Below, piece after piece: positions 28,165 to 37,181 of a DNA stretch of 42,722 bases (the stretch's first letter is position 1; every line of letters begins with the position of its first letter). The DNA is from Gemmatimonadota bacterium (lineage in GTDB: Bacteria; Gemmatimonadota; Gemmatimonadetes; Longimicrobiales; Gaopeijiaceae). The stretch lies in assembly GCA_039589315.1 (NCBI GenBank), contig JBDHHQ010000074.1:1-42722 (forward strand). The letters are read 5' to 3'. The notes below the pieces were generated by a model, which was not told the DNA's origin, made no database searches, and was given only the letters and a program-made list of their open reading frames with translations. A program made the position numbers and the translations under genes.

Positions 28165-29811
28165 ATGGCGCCGAAGATCCCAGAGCCTCATAGGACCAGG
28201 GTGGCCGCCTGGGCGGAGCTAGAGGACCGCAGGCCCACATACGCTCTCGTGGCGGATGTCGACCTGGTCGTCATCCGCTACGACGAAGAGGTCTCTGTCC
28301 TCTACGGCCGGTGTCTGCACCGCGGCGCACTGCTCGCCGATGGCTCCATCCGGGGCGGGGATCTGATCTGCGGGGTCCACAACTGGGACTATCGCTTCGA
28401 CAGCGGTGTCAGCAGCTACAACCCAGACGAGGCGCTACCGAAGTTCGCGGCCGAGGTCGACCTGGCCGCAGACGCCGTGTTCGTGGACGAGCGCGAGATC
28501 CGGGACTGGGCCCTGGCGCACCCGCAGCCGTACGACCGCGACGCGTACCTGGGCTTGTACGCGGACGGCCATGGAACCCCGGCCGAACCTCACAACAAGT
28601 ACATCCAACGCCTGGCAAGGGACGGCCTGGAGAAGGTCGGCGACCATGGGGCCGTCTCGGCCATGGGTGTCCCCTTGACGGAGCTTCCGCGCTGGCCCGA
28701 CATCCAGATCGTCACGGCGCAGCTCGCCCGGCGCCCGCTGGCTGACGACGACGCGGTCGGCACCGAGCTGGTCATCGGTCCCAACGCTAATAGACCACTC
28801 GAGCTCAGTGTTCCCATTTTTATCAGTGACATGAGCTTCGGAGCACTGAGCGAGCCTGCCAAAGTCGCCCTGGCCACGGGCGGGGAGCTCGCCGGGACGG
28901 GGATCTGCTCGGGAGAAGGCGGCATGCTTCCCGAGGAGCAGCAGGCCAATTCGCGCTATTTCTACGAGCTGGCCTCTGCCCGCTTCGGCTGGAGTCTGGG
29001 CAAGGTGGCCCGGTGCCAGGCCTTCCACTTCAAGGGCGGGCAGGGAGCCAAGACGGGAACGGGTGGGCACCTGCCGGGCAACAAGGTGATCGGGAAGATC
29101 GCCGAGGTCCGGGGGCTGGAGCCCGGTCAGCCGGCCATCAGCCCTCCCGCGTTCCCCGACCTGGTCGAGCCGGCCGACTTTCGCGACGTGGCGGATCAGG
29201 TCCGCGAGGTCACCCACGGGATACCCGTGGGCTTCAAGCTCTCGGCCCAGCACATCGAGGAAGATCTCGACTTCGCGCTGGAGATCGGCGTCGACTACGT
29301 GATCCTCGACGGGCGGGGCGGCGGGACCGGTGCCGCACCCGTCGTCTTCAAGGAGAACATCTCGGTCCCTACCATACCTGCGCTGGCTCGCGCCCGGCGC
29401 CACCTCGACCGGAGCGACGCTGCCGGAGTCACGCTGATCATCACCGGTGGTCTGCGCACTGAGTCGGACTTCGTGAAGGCGCTGGCCCTCGGGGCCGACG
29501 GGGTTGCGGTCTCCAACTCGGCGCTCCAGGCCATCGGCTGCCTGGCCATGCGAGCCTGCCACACCAACAACTGCCCGGTGGGCATCGCCACGCAGCGGCA
29601 GGACCTCATGGCGCGCCTGGTGGTGGCCGAATCGGCCCGCCGCCTGGCGCGGTGGTTCGAGGCCACGGTGGAGCTCATGCAGGTGTTGGCCCGGGCTTGC
29701 GGTCACAGTCATCTCAACCAGTTTCGGCTCGACGACCTGTCCACCTGGGATCGTGACATGGCCTACCTGACGGGCGTCCGCTACGCGGGGGTGATTCCGC
29801 CGGGTTCGTAA
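28165..29811 (+). CDS. Rieske [2Fe-2S] domain + FMN-binding glutamate-synthase-family protein
   Basis: Rieske 'CLHRG...CGVHNW'; 'SDMSFGALS', 'SGEGG', 'GQGAKTGTGGHLP', 'DGRGGGTGA'; 3Fe-4S motif 'CLAMRACHTNNCPVGIATQ'. Confidence 0.9.
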   Translation: MAPKIPEPHRTRVAAWAELEDRRPTYALVADVDLVVIRYDEEVSVLYGRCLHRGALLADGSIRGGDLICGVHNWDYRFDSGVSSYNPDEALPKFAAEVDLAADAVFVDEREIRDWALAHPQPYDRDAYLGLYADGHGTPAEPHNKYIQRLARDGLEKVGDHGAVSAMGVPLTELPRWPDIQIVTAQLARRPLADDDAVGTELVIGPNANRPLELSVPIFISDMSFGALSEPAKVALATGGELAGTGICSGEGGMLPEEQQANSRYFYELASARFGWSLGKVARCQAFHFKGGQGAKTGTGGHLPGNKVIGKIAEVRGLEPGQPAISPPAFPDLVEPADFRDVADQVREVTHGIPVGFKLSAQHIEEDLDFALEIGVDYVILDGRGGGTGAAPVVFKENISVPTIPALARARRHLDRSDAAGVTLIITGGLRTESDFVKALALGADGVAVSNSALQAIGCLAMRACHTNNCPVGIATQRQDLMARLVVAESARRLARWFEATVELMQVLARACGHSHLNQFRLDDLSTWDRDMAYLTGVRYAGVIPPGS

Positions 29812-30058
29812 GGGCCCGAACGGTCTGGTCCCGCCCGCGGCGCCTCCCCAGACGCCCCGGTCAGCGCTGAGCCTCGGCGCGCGCTCACTCTCCCACGGCG
29901 TGGGCGGGTGGAGGCGCTCGGAGCGTGCGAGACATCCGCGTTGCTCGTCCCCCGGAGGGGCTGAGTGTGCAGCACGCCGGGACTGATTCGTCCTCTCTTT
30001 TGAAGGTCACAAGACCGGACGCCCACAGATGGGCCTCACGGCCAACCGGGAGAGGATC

Positions 30059-31510
30059 ATGTTCCGCACGACAATGAGACGGACGCTCCGGCTCACAGGA
30101 GCGATCTGCATACTCATGACGATCGCGGGGGGCGCCGCCGCCCAGGAGGGCCCTACCTTCCGCTCGGACGCCTCCGACCGCGAGTCGGTCACCATCACCG
30201 TCTACAACCAGAACTTCGGCCTGGTGAGAGAAACGCGACGGTTGGCGTTGCGGCCCGGGCGCCTGACCCTGGAGTTCGCCGACGTGGCGTCGTCCCTCCA
30301 ACCCGAGACGGTCCACATCACGTCCCTGTCGGGCGGGACGCTTGGGGTGCTCGAGCAGAACTACCGGTACGATCTGCTCAGCCCCCAGAAGCTGCTCGAG
30401 AAGTACGTCGGGCGCACCGTGACGGTCTACCGCTGGAACAGCGTCACTGGCGAGGACGAAGCCCTGCCGGCCGAGGTCCTCTCCGTGAACCAGGGGCCCG
30501 TGCTCCGGATCGGCGATGAGATCACGTTCAACTACCCCGGGCGCTTCGGGTTTCCGGAGGTTCCGGACAACCTCATCGCCGAGCCGACCCTCCTGTGGCT
30601 TCTCGACAGCCCGGCGTCCCGGCCTCGCGTCGAGGTCTCCTATCTGACCCAGGGGCTCAACTGGAAGGCCGACTACGTCATGGTCCTGAACGAAGACGAT
30701 ACCGAGGGCGGCCTCACCGGCTGGGTGACGCTCACGAACCAGAGCGGTACCGGCTACGAGGACGCCACGCTCAAGCTGGTGGCCGGCGACGTTCAACGGG
30801 TCTCCGGGGACGTGCGGCGACGGGACGAGCTCATGGCTCGGTCCGCCCTGGCCATGGACGCGTCGGAGCAGGAGGCGTTCCTCGAAGAGAGCTTCTTCGA
30901 GTACCACCTCTACACGCTGGGTCGGCCCACGACGGTTCGGCACAACGAACAGAAGCAGGTGACGTTGCTGGAGTCTGACGGATTCGCCGTGGGCAAGCGC
31001 TACATCTACTACGGGGCCAGTCACTACTACCGGAGCCAGTGGGGCGAGCCGTTCCAGAACCAAAAGGTGGGAGTGTACCTGGATTTCCAGAACAGCGAAG
31101 ACAACGATCTGGGAATGCCGCTTCCCAAGGGTGTCGTCAGAGTCTACAAGCGGGACGGGTCAGGGGCCCAGCAGTTCGTCGGTGAGGACCTGGTCGACCA
31201 CACGCCCCGGGATGAGCGGGTGAGGATCAAGATGGGAGAAGCCTTCGACGTGGTGGGAGACCGGCGCCAGATGGACTACGACGTGCTCTCGAGCTGTGTC
31301 GTCGAGATGGAGTGGGAGATCGACCTGCGCAACCACAAGGACGAGGACGTGACCGTCCAGGTCGTGGAGCCCGTCGGGGGAGATTGGACCATTCTGACGT
31401 CGAGCCACGAGGCCACCCGTGTGGACGCGTGGACCTTTTCCTTCGACGTGGACGTCCCGGCCCAAGACGAGACGACGGTCACCTACCGCCTCCGGGCCCG
31501 GTGGTGCTGA
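30059..31510 (+). CDS. DUF4139-domain exported protein
   Basis: Signal peptide; 'ITVYNQNFGLVRE', 'LEQNYRYDL', 'SYLTQGLNWKADY', 'FFEYHLYTL', 'PLPKGVVRVY'. Confidence 0.88.
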   Translation: MFRTTMRRTLRLTGAICILMTIAGGAAAQEGPTFRSDASDRESVTITVYNQNFGLVRETRRLALRPGRLTLEFADVASSLQPETVHITSLSGGTLGVLEQNYRYDLLSPQKLLEKYVGRTVTVYRWNSVTGEDEALPAEVLSVNQGPVLRIGDEITFNYPGRFGFPEVPDNLIAEPTLLWLLDSPASRPRVEVSYLTQGLNWKADYVMVLNEDDTEGGLTGWVTLTNQSGTGYEDATLKLVAGDVQRVSGDVRRRDELMARSALAMDASEQEAFLEESFFEYHLYTLGRPTTVRHNEQKQVTLLESDGFAVGKRYIYYGASHYYRSQWGEPFQNQKVGVYLDFQNSEDNDLGMPLPKGVVRVYKRDGSGAQQFVGEDLVDHTPRDERVRIKMGEAFDVVGDRRQMDYDVLSSCVVEMEWEIDLRNHKDEDVTVQVVEPVGGDWTILTSSHEATRVDAWTFSFDVDVPAQDETTVTYRLRARWC

Positions 31511-31532
31511 CCTGGCGGCGGCGGAGCAGGGC

Positions 31533-32573
31533 TCAGCGCAGGATGAAGCCCCCGGCGAACGGGTCCTCGGGGTCGATCCACAGCTCGTTGCGGCCCGTGA
31601 TATGGGCCGAGCCCTCTACGTCGGGGATCACGCCGGCGTAGGGACCGAAGGTCGCCTCACCGGCCACCCGTCCGGTGAAACGGCTCCCCAGGATGCTCTC
31701 GAACACGAGTGGCTCGTTCAGGCCCACCTCACCGCGAGCATGGTGGATGGCCATGCGGCCGCTCACGCCGGTGCCCGTGGGTGACCGGTCCACCTCGCCG
31801 TCGGCGAAGATGCACACGTTGCGACTGTGGGCGTCCGGTCCCTCGGCGGGACCCACGAAAATGGTCCCATACAGGAAGCTCAGGTCCGCCTCGAACGGAT
31901 GCGCGATGGGGCGTTGTGCGACGATGGCCCGCTTGATGGCGCGCCCCCGCTCGATGAGGTCCCCGTGGTGCTCCGGCGTGACGGAGACTCCCACGGCCTC
32001 GACCGGAACGTATGCGTAGAAGGCCCCCCCGAACGCGAGGTCATAGGGTACCGCGCCCAGACCGGCCACCTCCACCGACTGTTCCAGCGCCACGGCGAAG
32101 GACGGGACGTTGCGGAAGCTGACGCGGTCCACCTGACCCCGCAAAACAGTGGCTCGCGCCGTGACCAATCCCGCCGGCGTGTCGATACGCAGCTCGGTCA
32201 CGGGCTCCGAAGCCGGTAGGATGCCGGTCTCCAGCACCACCTTCGTGACGGCGATGATGCCATGGCCGCACATGGTGCTGAAGCCCTCGTTGTGCACGAA
32301 GAGCACCCCGAAATGAGCGTCCGCCGTGATCGGCGGCGTGATGAGGCAGCCGTACATGTCGGCGTGTCCACGGGGCTCCCACATGAGGGCCGTGCGCAGG
32401 TGGTCCAGGTGCTCCCGGGCGTAGCGACGGCGCTCCAGGATGGTGTCTCCGACCAGGTCAGGGAAGCCGTCCACGATGACGCGGAGAGGCTCGCCTCCGG
32501 TGTGGGCGTCAATGGCCACGATGCGCAGCCAATCGTCCGGTGGGGACCACCGGCGAGCGTTCTTCAGGTTCAT
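31533..32573 (-). CDS. Proline-racemase-family enzyme, Cys/Thr type (likely trans-3-hydroxy-L-proline dehydratase)
   Basis: 'DAHTGGEPLR', 'EPRGHADMYG', 'STMCGHG' and 'DRSPTGTG', with Thr at the second catalytic position. Confidence 0.88.
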   Translation of the reverse strand: MNLKNARRWSPPDDWLRIVAIDAHTGGEPLRVIVDGFPDLVGDTILERRRYAREHLDHLRTALMWEPRGHADMYGCLITPPITADAHFGVLFVHNEGFSTMCGHGIIAVTKVVLETGILPASEPVTELRIDTPAGLVTARATVLRGQVDRVSFRNVPSFAVALEQSVEVAGLGAVPYDLAFGGAFYAYVPVEAVGVSVTPEHHGDLIERGRAIKRAIVAQRPIAHPFEADLSFLYGTIFVGPAEGPDAHSRNVCIFADGEVDRSPTGTGVSGRMAIHHARGEVGLNEPLVFESILGSRFTGRVAGEATFGPYAGVIPDVEGSAHITGRNELWIDPEDPFAGGFILR

Positions 32574-32655
32574 GGGCAAACAGTCTGGGGCACTTGCCGC
32601 TTTCACGCCACACGGTAGAATGGCCGGGAGCCAACTGTTCGAGCAGGAGGGACCC

Positions 32656-34101
32656 ATGCGCATGCTTCTCGCCGCCGCCCTGACCATCGCCACCGCCCTG
32701 CCGGCGTGGGCCCAGACGACGCCCACGGAGCGGGCTGCCGCGGCGGAAATCCTCGATCAGATCGATGCTCTCCAGGAACGGATCGCGCCCCGGGAGGCGG
32801 CGCTGGAGTTGGCTGGGCGACAGGACGCGGAGCGAGACCGTATCCTGGACCGGGTCGAGGAGCTCTGGCTCGACGAGATGCTGGCGCTGAGCGATCACAT
32901 CGGCGAGAACCCCGAGGTCGGCTGGAACGAGTTCGAGACCGTGGACACACTGGTCCGCGTGATAACGGGCTACGGCTTCGACGTCGAGGTGGGCCAGGCC
33001 GATCTCGAAACGGCGTTCAGGGGCACCTGGACTTCGCCGGCCGGTGCCGACGGACCCACACTGGGTATCATCGTCGAGTACGACGCTCTCCGGGGAACCG
33101 ACGAACCGTTCCACGGCTGCCAGCACAACGCACAAAGCCCGGTGGGATTCGCCGTGGCTCGGGCGCTCGCCGAGCACATGGAGCGCACCGGCGCTCCCGG
33201 CCGGATCCTCGTATTCGGCACGCCGGCCGAAGAGGTCGGGCCGCCCGCCAAGACCATCATGTTCGATGCCGGAGTGTTCGACGGGACCGACGTGCTCATC
33301 CGGAGCCATGGGTCGGACGAGACGGCACGGGGCCGGGCGGGCTTCGGAGTCTGCTGCCTCAACATCAACGAGGTGAAGTACACCTTCACGGGCCGGCCGG
33401 CCCACCAGCGGGCGTCCTGGCACGGCCGGAACGCGCTGTCGGCGGCCGTTCAATTCTACACCGCCGTCGACCACCTGAGGCCGACCTTCCGACCCGAGGC
33501 TTCGATCCAGGGCGTCATTCCCGAGGGAGGCGTGGCCCCGAACGTGGTGCCGGACCGGGCTGTGGTGGACTACTACATCCGCTACCCCGACGAGGTGTAT
33601 CTGGAGCACATGAGCAAGATGATCGACGCCGCCGCCAGAGCCGCCGCCATGGCCACGGGCACGGTGGTGGAGATCGATCGATACGGCGAGTTCCGGGACG
33701 GGATCACTCTGGGCAGCCTGGAGGAGCTGACCTTCGCGTATGCCGAGAGGCTGGGCGCTCCGAGGATCAACCCCGAGCAGCAGCGTCCGGCGGGCTACGA
33801 GGAGACCGGCTTCGTGACGAGGGATATCCCCGGGGTCGGCGTGAGTGTCTTCAGCTCGTCGGCCGCGGGCCACTCCTATGATCGATGGCTGGACTCCATG
33901 ACCGACGTAGGGCACACGGGATTCCTCCACGACGCGAAGATCATGGCGGCGGTGCTCTACGACTTCCTGCATGACGAGGAGCTGAGAGCCACGGTCGCCG
34001 AGGAGCACGGGATCCTGTCCGGACTGTTGGACCAGTACCTGGCCAACCTGCGCTCGGAGTACGCCGACGAGATCGGGGCCGGGGTGACCGAGCAACGCTG
34101 A
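32656..34101 (+). CDS. Exported M20-family amidohydrolase/peptidase (AbgB/PM20D2-like)
   Basis: AGGAGG RBS and signal peptide; 'ENPEVGWNE', 'EYDAL', 'HGCQHN', 'GTPAEE', 'GRNAL', 'GGVAPNVVPD'. Confidence 0.88.
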   Translation: MRMLLAAALTIATALPAWAQTTPTERAAAAEILDQIDALQERIAPREAALELAGRQDAERDRILDRVEELWLDEMLALSDHIGENPEVGWNEFETVDTLVRVITGYGFDVEVGQADLETAFRGTWTSPAGADGPTLGIIVEYDALRGTDEPFHGCQHNAQSPVGFAVARALAEHMERTGAPGRILVFGTPAEEVGPPAKTIMFDAGVFDGTDVLIRSHGSDETARGRAGFGVCCLNINEVKYTFTGRPAHQRASWHGRNALSAAVQFYTAVDHLRPTFRPEASIQGVIPEGGVAPNVVPDRAVVDYYIRYPDEVYLEHMSKMIDAAARAAAMATGTVVEIDRYGEFRDGITLGSLEELTFAYAERLGAPRINPEQQRPAGYEETGFVTRDIPGVGVSVFSSSAAGHSYDRWLDSMTDVGHTGFLHDAKIMAAVLYDFLHDEELRATVAEEHGILSGLLDQYLANLRSEYADEIGAGVTEQR

Positions 34102-34324
34102 CCGCCGACCGCGACGGCGGTTGGGCAACAGGCCCGTAACCCCTCGGCACTCAGGTCGTAGTAGCGCTGTGACAAGGACAGCGGGATGGCCCATGGTACG
34201 GCTGTGGCGGGACCCGACCGGCCGAGCGTCGGTGGAGCTGCGGTCGTCCGGGTCCTTGTGTCCCCGTTCCGGGGTTGATCAGCTTCTCCACGGGCGGCCC
34301 CCTTCCAGCGGAGAGACCAGAGCG

Positions 34325-34708
34325 ATGCACCTGAAATCGAAGTGGATTCCCACGCTCCTGCTGGGACTCGTGACGGCTTGTTCGTCGGGAGGCCAGCAGG
34401 AGGGCGGAGAGGCGTTCGGCCAGACCGGTCCGTCCACCGTCACGGTGGAGGTCAACAACCGCAACTTCGCCCGGGCCACGCTGTGGTGGCACTCCCGGGG
34501 GTCGCGCCAGCGGCTTGGCGTGGTTGAGGGCAACAGCACCGATATGTTCACGGTCGAGCGCTTCACGGTCAGCCAACCGGTCCAGATCGAGATCAACCTG
34601 ACGGCGGGCCAGCGGTGCATCACCGGAGAGCTGATCACCGATCCCGGCGACCAGCTCTACCTCGAGATCGCACCCAACTTCCGGGACACGGCCGGCTGCG
34701 TCGGCTGA
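34325..34708 (+). CDS. Small hypothetical lipoprotein
   Basis: GGAGAG RBS, lipobox VTAC, beta-rich body ('TVEVNNRNF...RQRLGVV'). Confidence 0.72.
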   Translation: MHLKSKWIPTLLLGLVTACSSGGQQEGGEAFGQTGPSTVTVEVNNRNFARATLWWHSRGSRQRLGVVEGNSTDMFTVERFTVSQPVQIEINLTAGQRCITGELITDPGDQLYLEIAPNFRDTAGCVG

Positions 34709-34766
34709 GGGTGGGGCAGGGGCGCGCACGACCAGACCTCTTGCCCGGGGCTGGACCGGACCGGAG

Positions 34767-36770
34767 TCACGGCCCGCCCGCGTCGCTCACCCAGGTGTTG
34801 TTGGAGCGGTCCACGTCCGGAAACCGAAACTCCGGGTCGATCTCGACCCGAACGACGCGGCCGACGTCGGCGGGGAGGGAAACGGTTACGCTGGTTTCCC
34901 CACTGAGCCACGCCTCCACGCCCACCTCCCGCTCCAGCACGCCACCGTCGGTGGTCTCCACCCGGAGCAGCACCGGCATGGGGGCAAAGCCCCGGTCCTC
35001 CACCGTGATGACCGGACCGGAGGCACCTTGCTCCACGTCGGCCACCGCCTGGTCCAGGGCCCACGTCTCGTAGTACCAGGTGTTCCAGAACCAGTCCAGG
35101 TCCTCGCCCGCCTCGCGCTCGACCGCGTTGAAGAGGTCCCAGGGACTCGGATGCTTGAATGCCCAGTCGGCGATGAAGCTCCGGTACGCTCGTTCGAAGG
35201 TCTCGTCCCCGAGCAACCCACGCAGGGTCAACAGCAGCGTGGCCGGCTTGGGGTAGGACGCGACGCCGTACTGGAAGCCGGGCCCGTACAGGTCGCCGTG
35301 CGTCATGAGCGGCTTCTCCATCTCCGTCCGGGCCGCCATGAGGTAGCTCTCCCGCTCTGACGCATGGGCGTCGGTCCCTGGCCAGTACTCGGGTCGGCCC
35401 TGGTCCTCCAAGAACGTGGTGGAGCCCTCGTCCATCCATGCGTGGCGTCGTTCGTTGGTGCCCACGATCATTGGAATCCACATGTGGGCGAGCTCATGGG
35501 AGGTGACGTTGTAGAGGGATGCGGCCTCCTGCCCCTGGTATCCGCCGATGAGCGTCAGCATCGGGAACTCCATGCCGCCGTCGATGATGTCGGAGCCCTC
35601 GACGGACGTCATGTGGGGCCACGGATATGCGAACCCCGTGTAGCGGGAGTGGTGCTCGATGGCGTGCTTGCCGAAGAGCGCCTGGCCGTCCCACAGCGGG
35701 GCGCGGTGGGCACGCCAGAAGGCATGGATGAGCACCCGGTCGTCCGCCCCGTCGCCGTCCCGGTCCGGGACGACGGCGCTGGTGGCGTCCCACGTCTGGA
35801 CGTTGGAGGCCGTCCAGGTGAAGTCCCGCACGGTGTCGGCCGCAAAGTGGTAGACAAGCCGTCCGGAAGGGGGTGCGGTCGTCACCGTGCCGGCACCCAG
35901 CTCTTCGGCCGACGCCACCCGCACGATCGTATCGGCCGAAGCCGCGGCCGCGAGCCGGTCGCGGACCTGGGGCGACAGAACCTCGTCGGCATTCAAGAGC
36001 TCACCGGTGGCCATCACCGTCCAACCGGCCGGCACGTCCAGGCTGACCCGGTAGTCGCCAAATCCGTCGTAGAACTCCGCACCGGCCATGTACGGTTCAG
36101 CGTCCCAGCCCCGGAGGTCGTCGAGGACGGCCATCTTCGGGAACCAGTACGCCAGGAAGTACACCTCCCGGTCCGAATGCCCCATCCGGCCTGCCCCGTT
36201 TTGAGGCACGACGAACGTCCAGTCCACCTCGAGCTCCAGCGTGTCGCCCGGTTCGATCTGGTCCGGCGGTCGCACGGCCATGAGGGTGCCGTCCACGGCG
36301 TATCCGGGCCCGTCCGCTAGACTCCCCGCGCTCACGGGCGACCCTGCCACGGTCACGCGTGTCAGCGTAACCCCTCCCGTCACCTCCTGGGCCTCGTTCC
36401 GCACCGCGCCGGGGGCGTGGAGGTTTTGGTAGAGGTTCACGATCACGCCGTTGAGCGTGTGGGGGGATTCGTTCTGCCACTGGATTCGTGCCTGGCCGCT
36501 GATCTGTCCGGTCTCGGGCTCCAGTCGGGCCTCGATCTGGTACCGGGTGTGGGGTTGCCAGTACGTGGGCCCCGGGCGGCCGTCGGCCGTACGCGTGCCC
36601 CGCTGAATCGCCGTGCGGTAGAACGGCGGCGGTACCACCGGTCCGGGGATCGGGCGGTCGGGGGTTACCCCGTTCTGGCCGAGGGCAGGCGTCGGTACCA
36701 ACGTGCCGACGAGGATGGTGGCCGTCACGAAGGCGGGCGCCAGCGGCGGGATGGGGGAGATTCGGCTCAC
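34767..36770 (-). CDS. M1-family zinc metallopeptidase, exported
   Basis: 'GGMEFPML', 'HELAHMW', 'WMDEG', 'YPKPA'; signal peptide. Confidence 0.93.
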   Translation of the reverse strand: MSRISPIPPLAPAFVTATILVGTLVPTPALGQNGVTPDRPIPGPVVPPPFYRTAIQRGTRTADGRPGPTYWQPHTRYQIEARLEPETGQISGQARIQWQNESPHTLNGVIVNLYQNLHAPGAVRNEAQEVTGGVTLTRVTVAGSPVSAGSLADGPGYAVDGTLMAVRPPDQIEPGDTLELEVDWTFVVPQNGAGRMGHSDREVYFLAYWFPKMAVLDDLRGWDAEPYMAGAEFYDGFGDYRVSLDVPAGWTVMATGELLNADEVLSPQVRDRLAAAASADTIVRVASAEELGAGTVTTAPPSGRLVYHFAADTVRDFTWTASNVQTWDATSAVVPDRDGDGADDRVLIHAFWRAHRAPLWDGQALFGKHAIEHHSRYTGFAYPWPHMTSVEGSDIIDGGMEFPMLTLIGGYQGQEAASLYNVTSHELAHMWIPMIVGTNERRHAWMDEGSTTFLEDQGRPEYWPGTDAHASERESYLMAARTEMEKPLMTHGDLYGPGFQYGVASYPKPATLLLTLRGLLGDETFERAYRSFIADWAFKHPSPWDLFNAVEREAGEDLDWFWNTWYYETWALDQAVADVEQGASGPVITVEDRGFAPMPVLLRVETTDGGVLEREVGVEAWLSGETSVTVSLPADVGRVVRVEIDPEFRFPDVDRSNNTWVSDAGGP

Positions 36771-37017
36771 GGTACGGGCTCTCCAGCTCGAGTCCTGAAT
36801 CCACCAGGGGTTGCCACCACCCAGTCACCCCCGGTCGGGTGTGGGCCTCCTTGGACCCGCCCTTTTCTGACAGGTTCCGGTGTGCCCGGCCCCGGGGAAC
36901 CGATCCAGCATCTACCGGGTTGGAGCCGTACAGTGTACTGTTGAAGCCAGGTGCCGGGACGACCCCGGTGTCCGACCCGTCGAAGAACGGACGCGACCTG
37001 TGGATAGCGACATCCGG

Positions 37018-37092
37018 ATGTGTAGCTGTCGGTGTTGTTGCCGGGAGGCCCGAGGGCCTTCCAGGGGTCGCGGTACGGGGTCGGGCGACTAG
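37018..37092 (+). CDS. Cys-rich attenuator leader peptide MCSCRCCCREARGPSRGRGTGSGD
   Basis: ATG TGT AGC TGT CGG TGT TGT TGC gives 5 Cys in 7 codons, directly upstream of a cysteine synthase operon. An alternative in-frame GTG start exists at 37000. Confidence 0.8.
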   Translation: MCSCRCCCREARGPSRGRGTGSGD

Positions 37093-37136
37093 CCGACATC
37101 CCGGACGCAAACGGCCGATGGCCGCGACCCCGGAGG
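37058..37136 (+). promoter_or_regulatory. Antiterminator of the Cys attenuator
   Basis: GGGGTCGCGG (37064-37073) is the exact complement of CCGCGACCCC (37122-37131, terminator left arm). Pairing extends with CTTCC 37058-37062 against GGAGG 37132-37136. Confidence 0.8.
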
Positions 37137-37161
37137 AAGAGGGGTCGCGGCCGTTTCTTTT
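37120..37161 (+). terminator. Attenuator intrinsic terminator
   Basis: 12-bp stem GGCCGCGACCCC/GGGGTCGCGGCC with a 9-nt loop, then GTTTCTTTT, ending 20 nt before the cysteine synthase ATG. Confidence 0.88.
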
Positions 37162-37181
37162 GTGGTGGTGGAGAGACCGAA

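Noticed and set aside
28165..29811. gltB (true glutamate synthase large subunit)
   Set aside because: Only about 550 aa, and it lacks the amidotransferase, central and GXGXG domains.
31502..31546. DUF4139 gene ending W-C-TGA as a possible C-terminal Cys-Sec motif
   Set aside because: The domain is complete at that point. Read-through gives only a short Gly-rich tail overlapping the convergent gene, and no convincing SECIS is present.
2151..34194. Many long overlapping or antisense ORFs in the track (e.g. 2472-3824, 8984-10291, 18399-19931, 32509-34194) and long N-terminal extensions (e.g. 6171-7313, 3983, 9320, 23859)
   Set aside because: They are shadow frames of high-GC genes: Arg/Pro/Gly-rich, without family motifs, and overlapping better-supported genes.
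36930..36941. Short inverted repeat ACAGTgtACTGT upstream of the Cys leader
   Set aside because: It could be a promoter -10 element or an operator, but it is too short to support without comparative data.
36780..37180. SAM or other sulfur riboswitch, or a T-box, upstream of cysM
   Set aside because: No SAM-I core or T-box consensus is visible, and the leader-peptide attenuator explains the structure fully.
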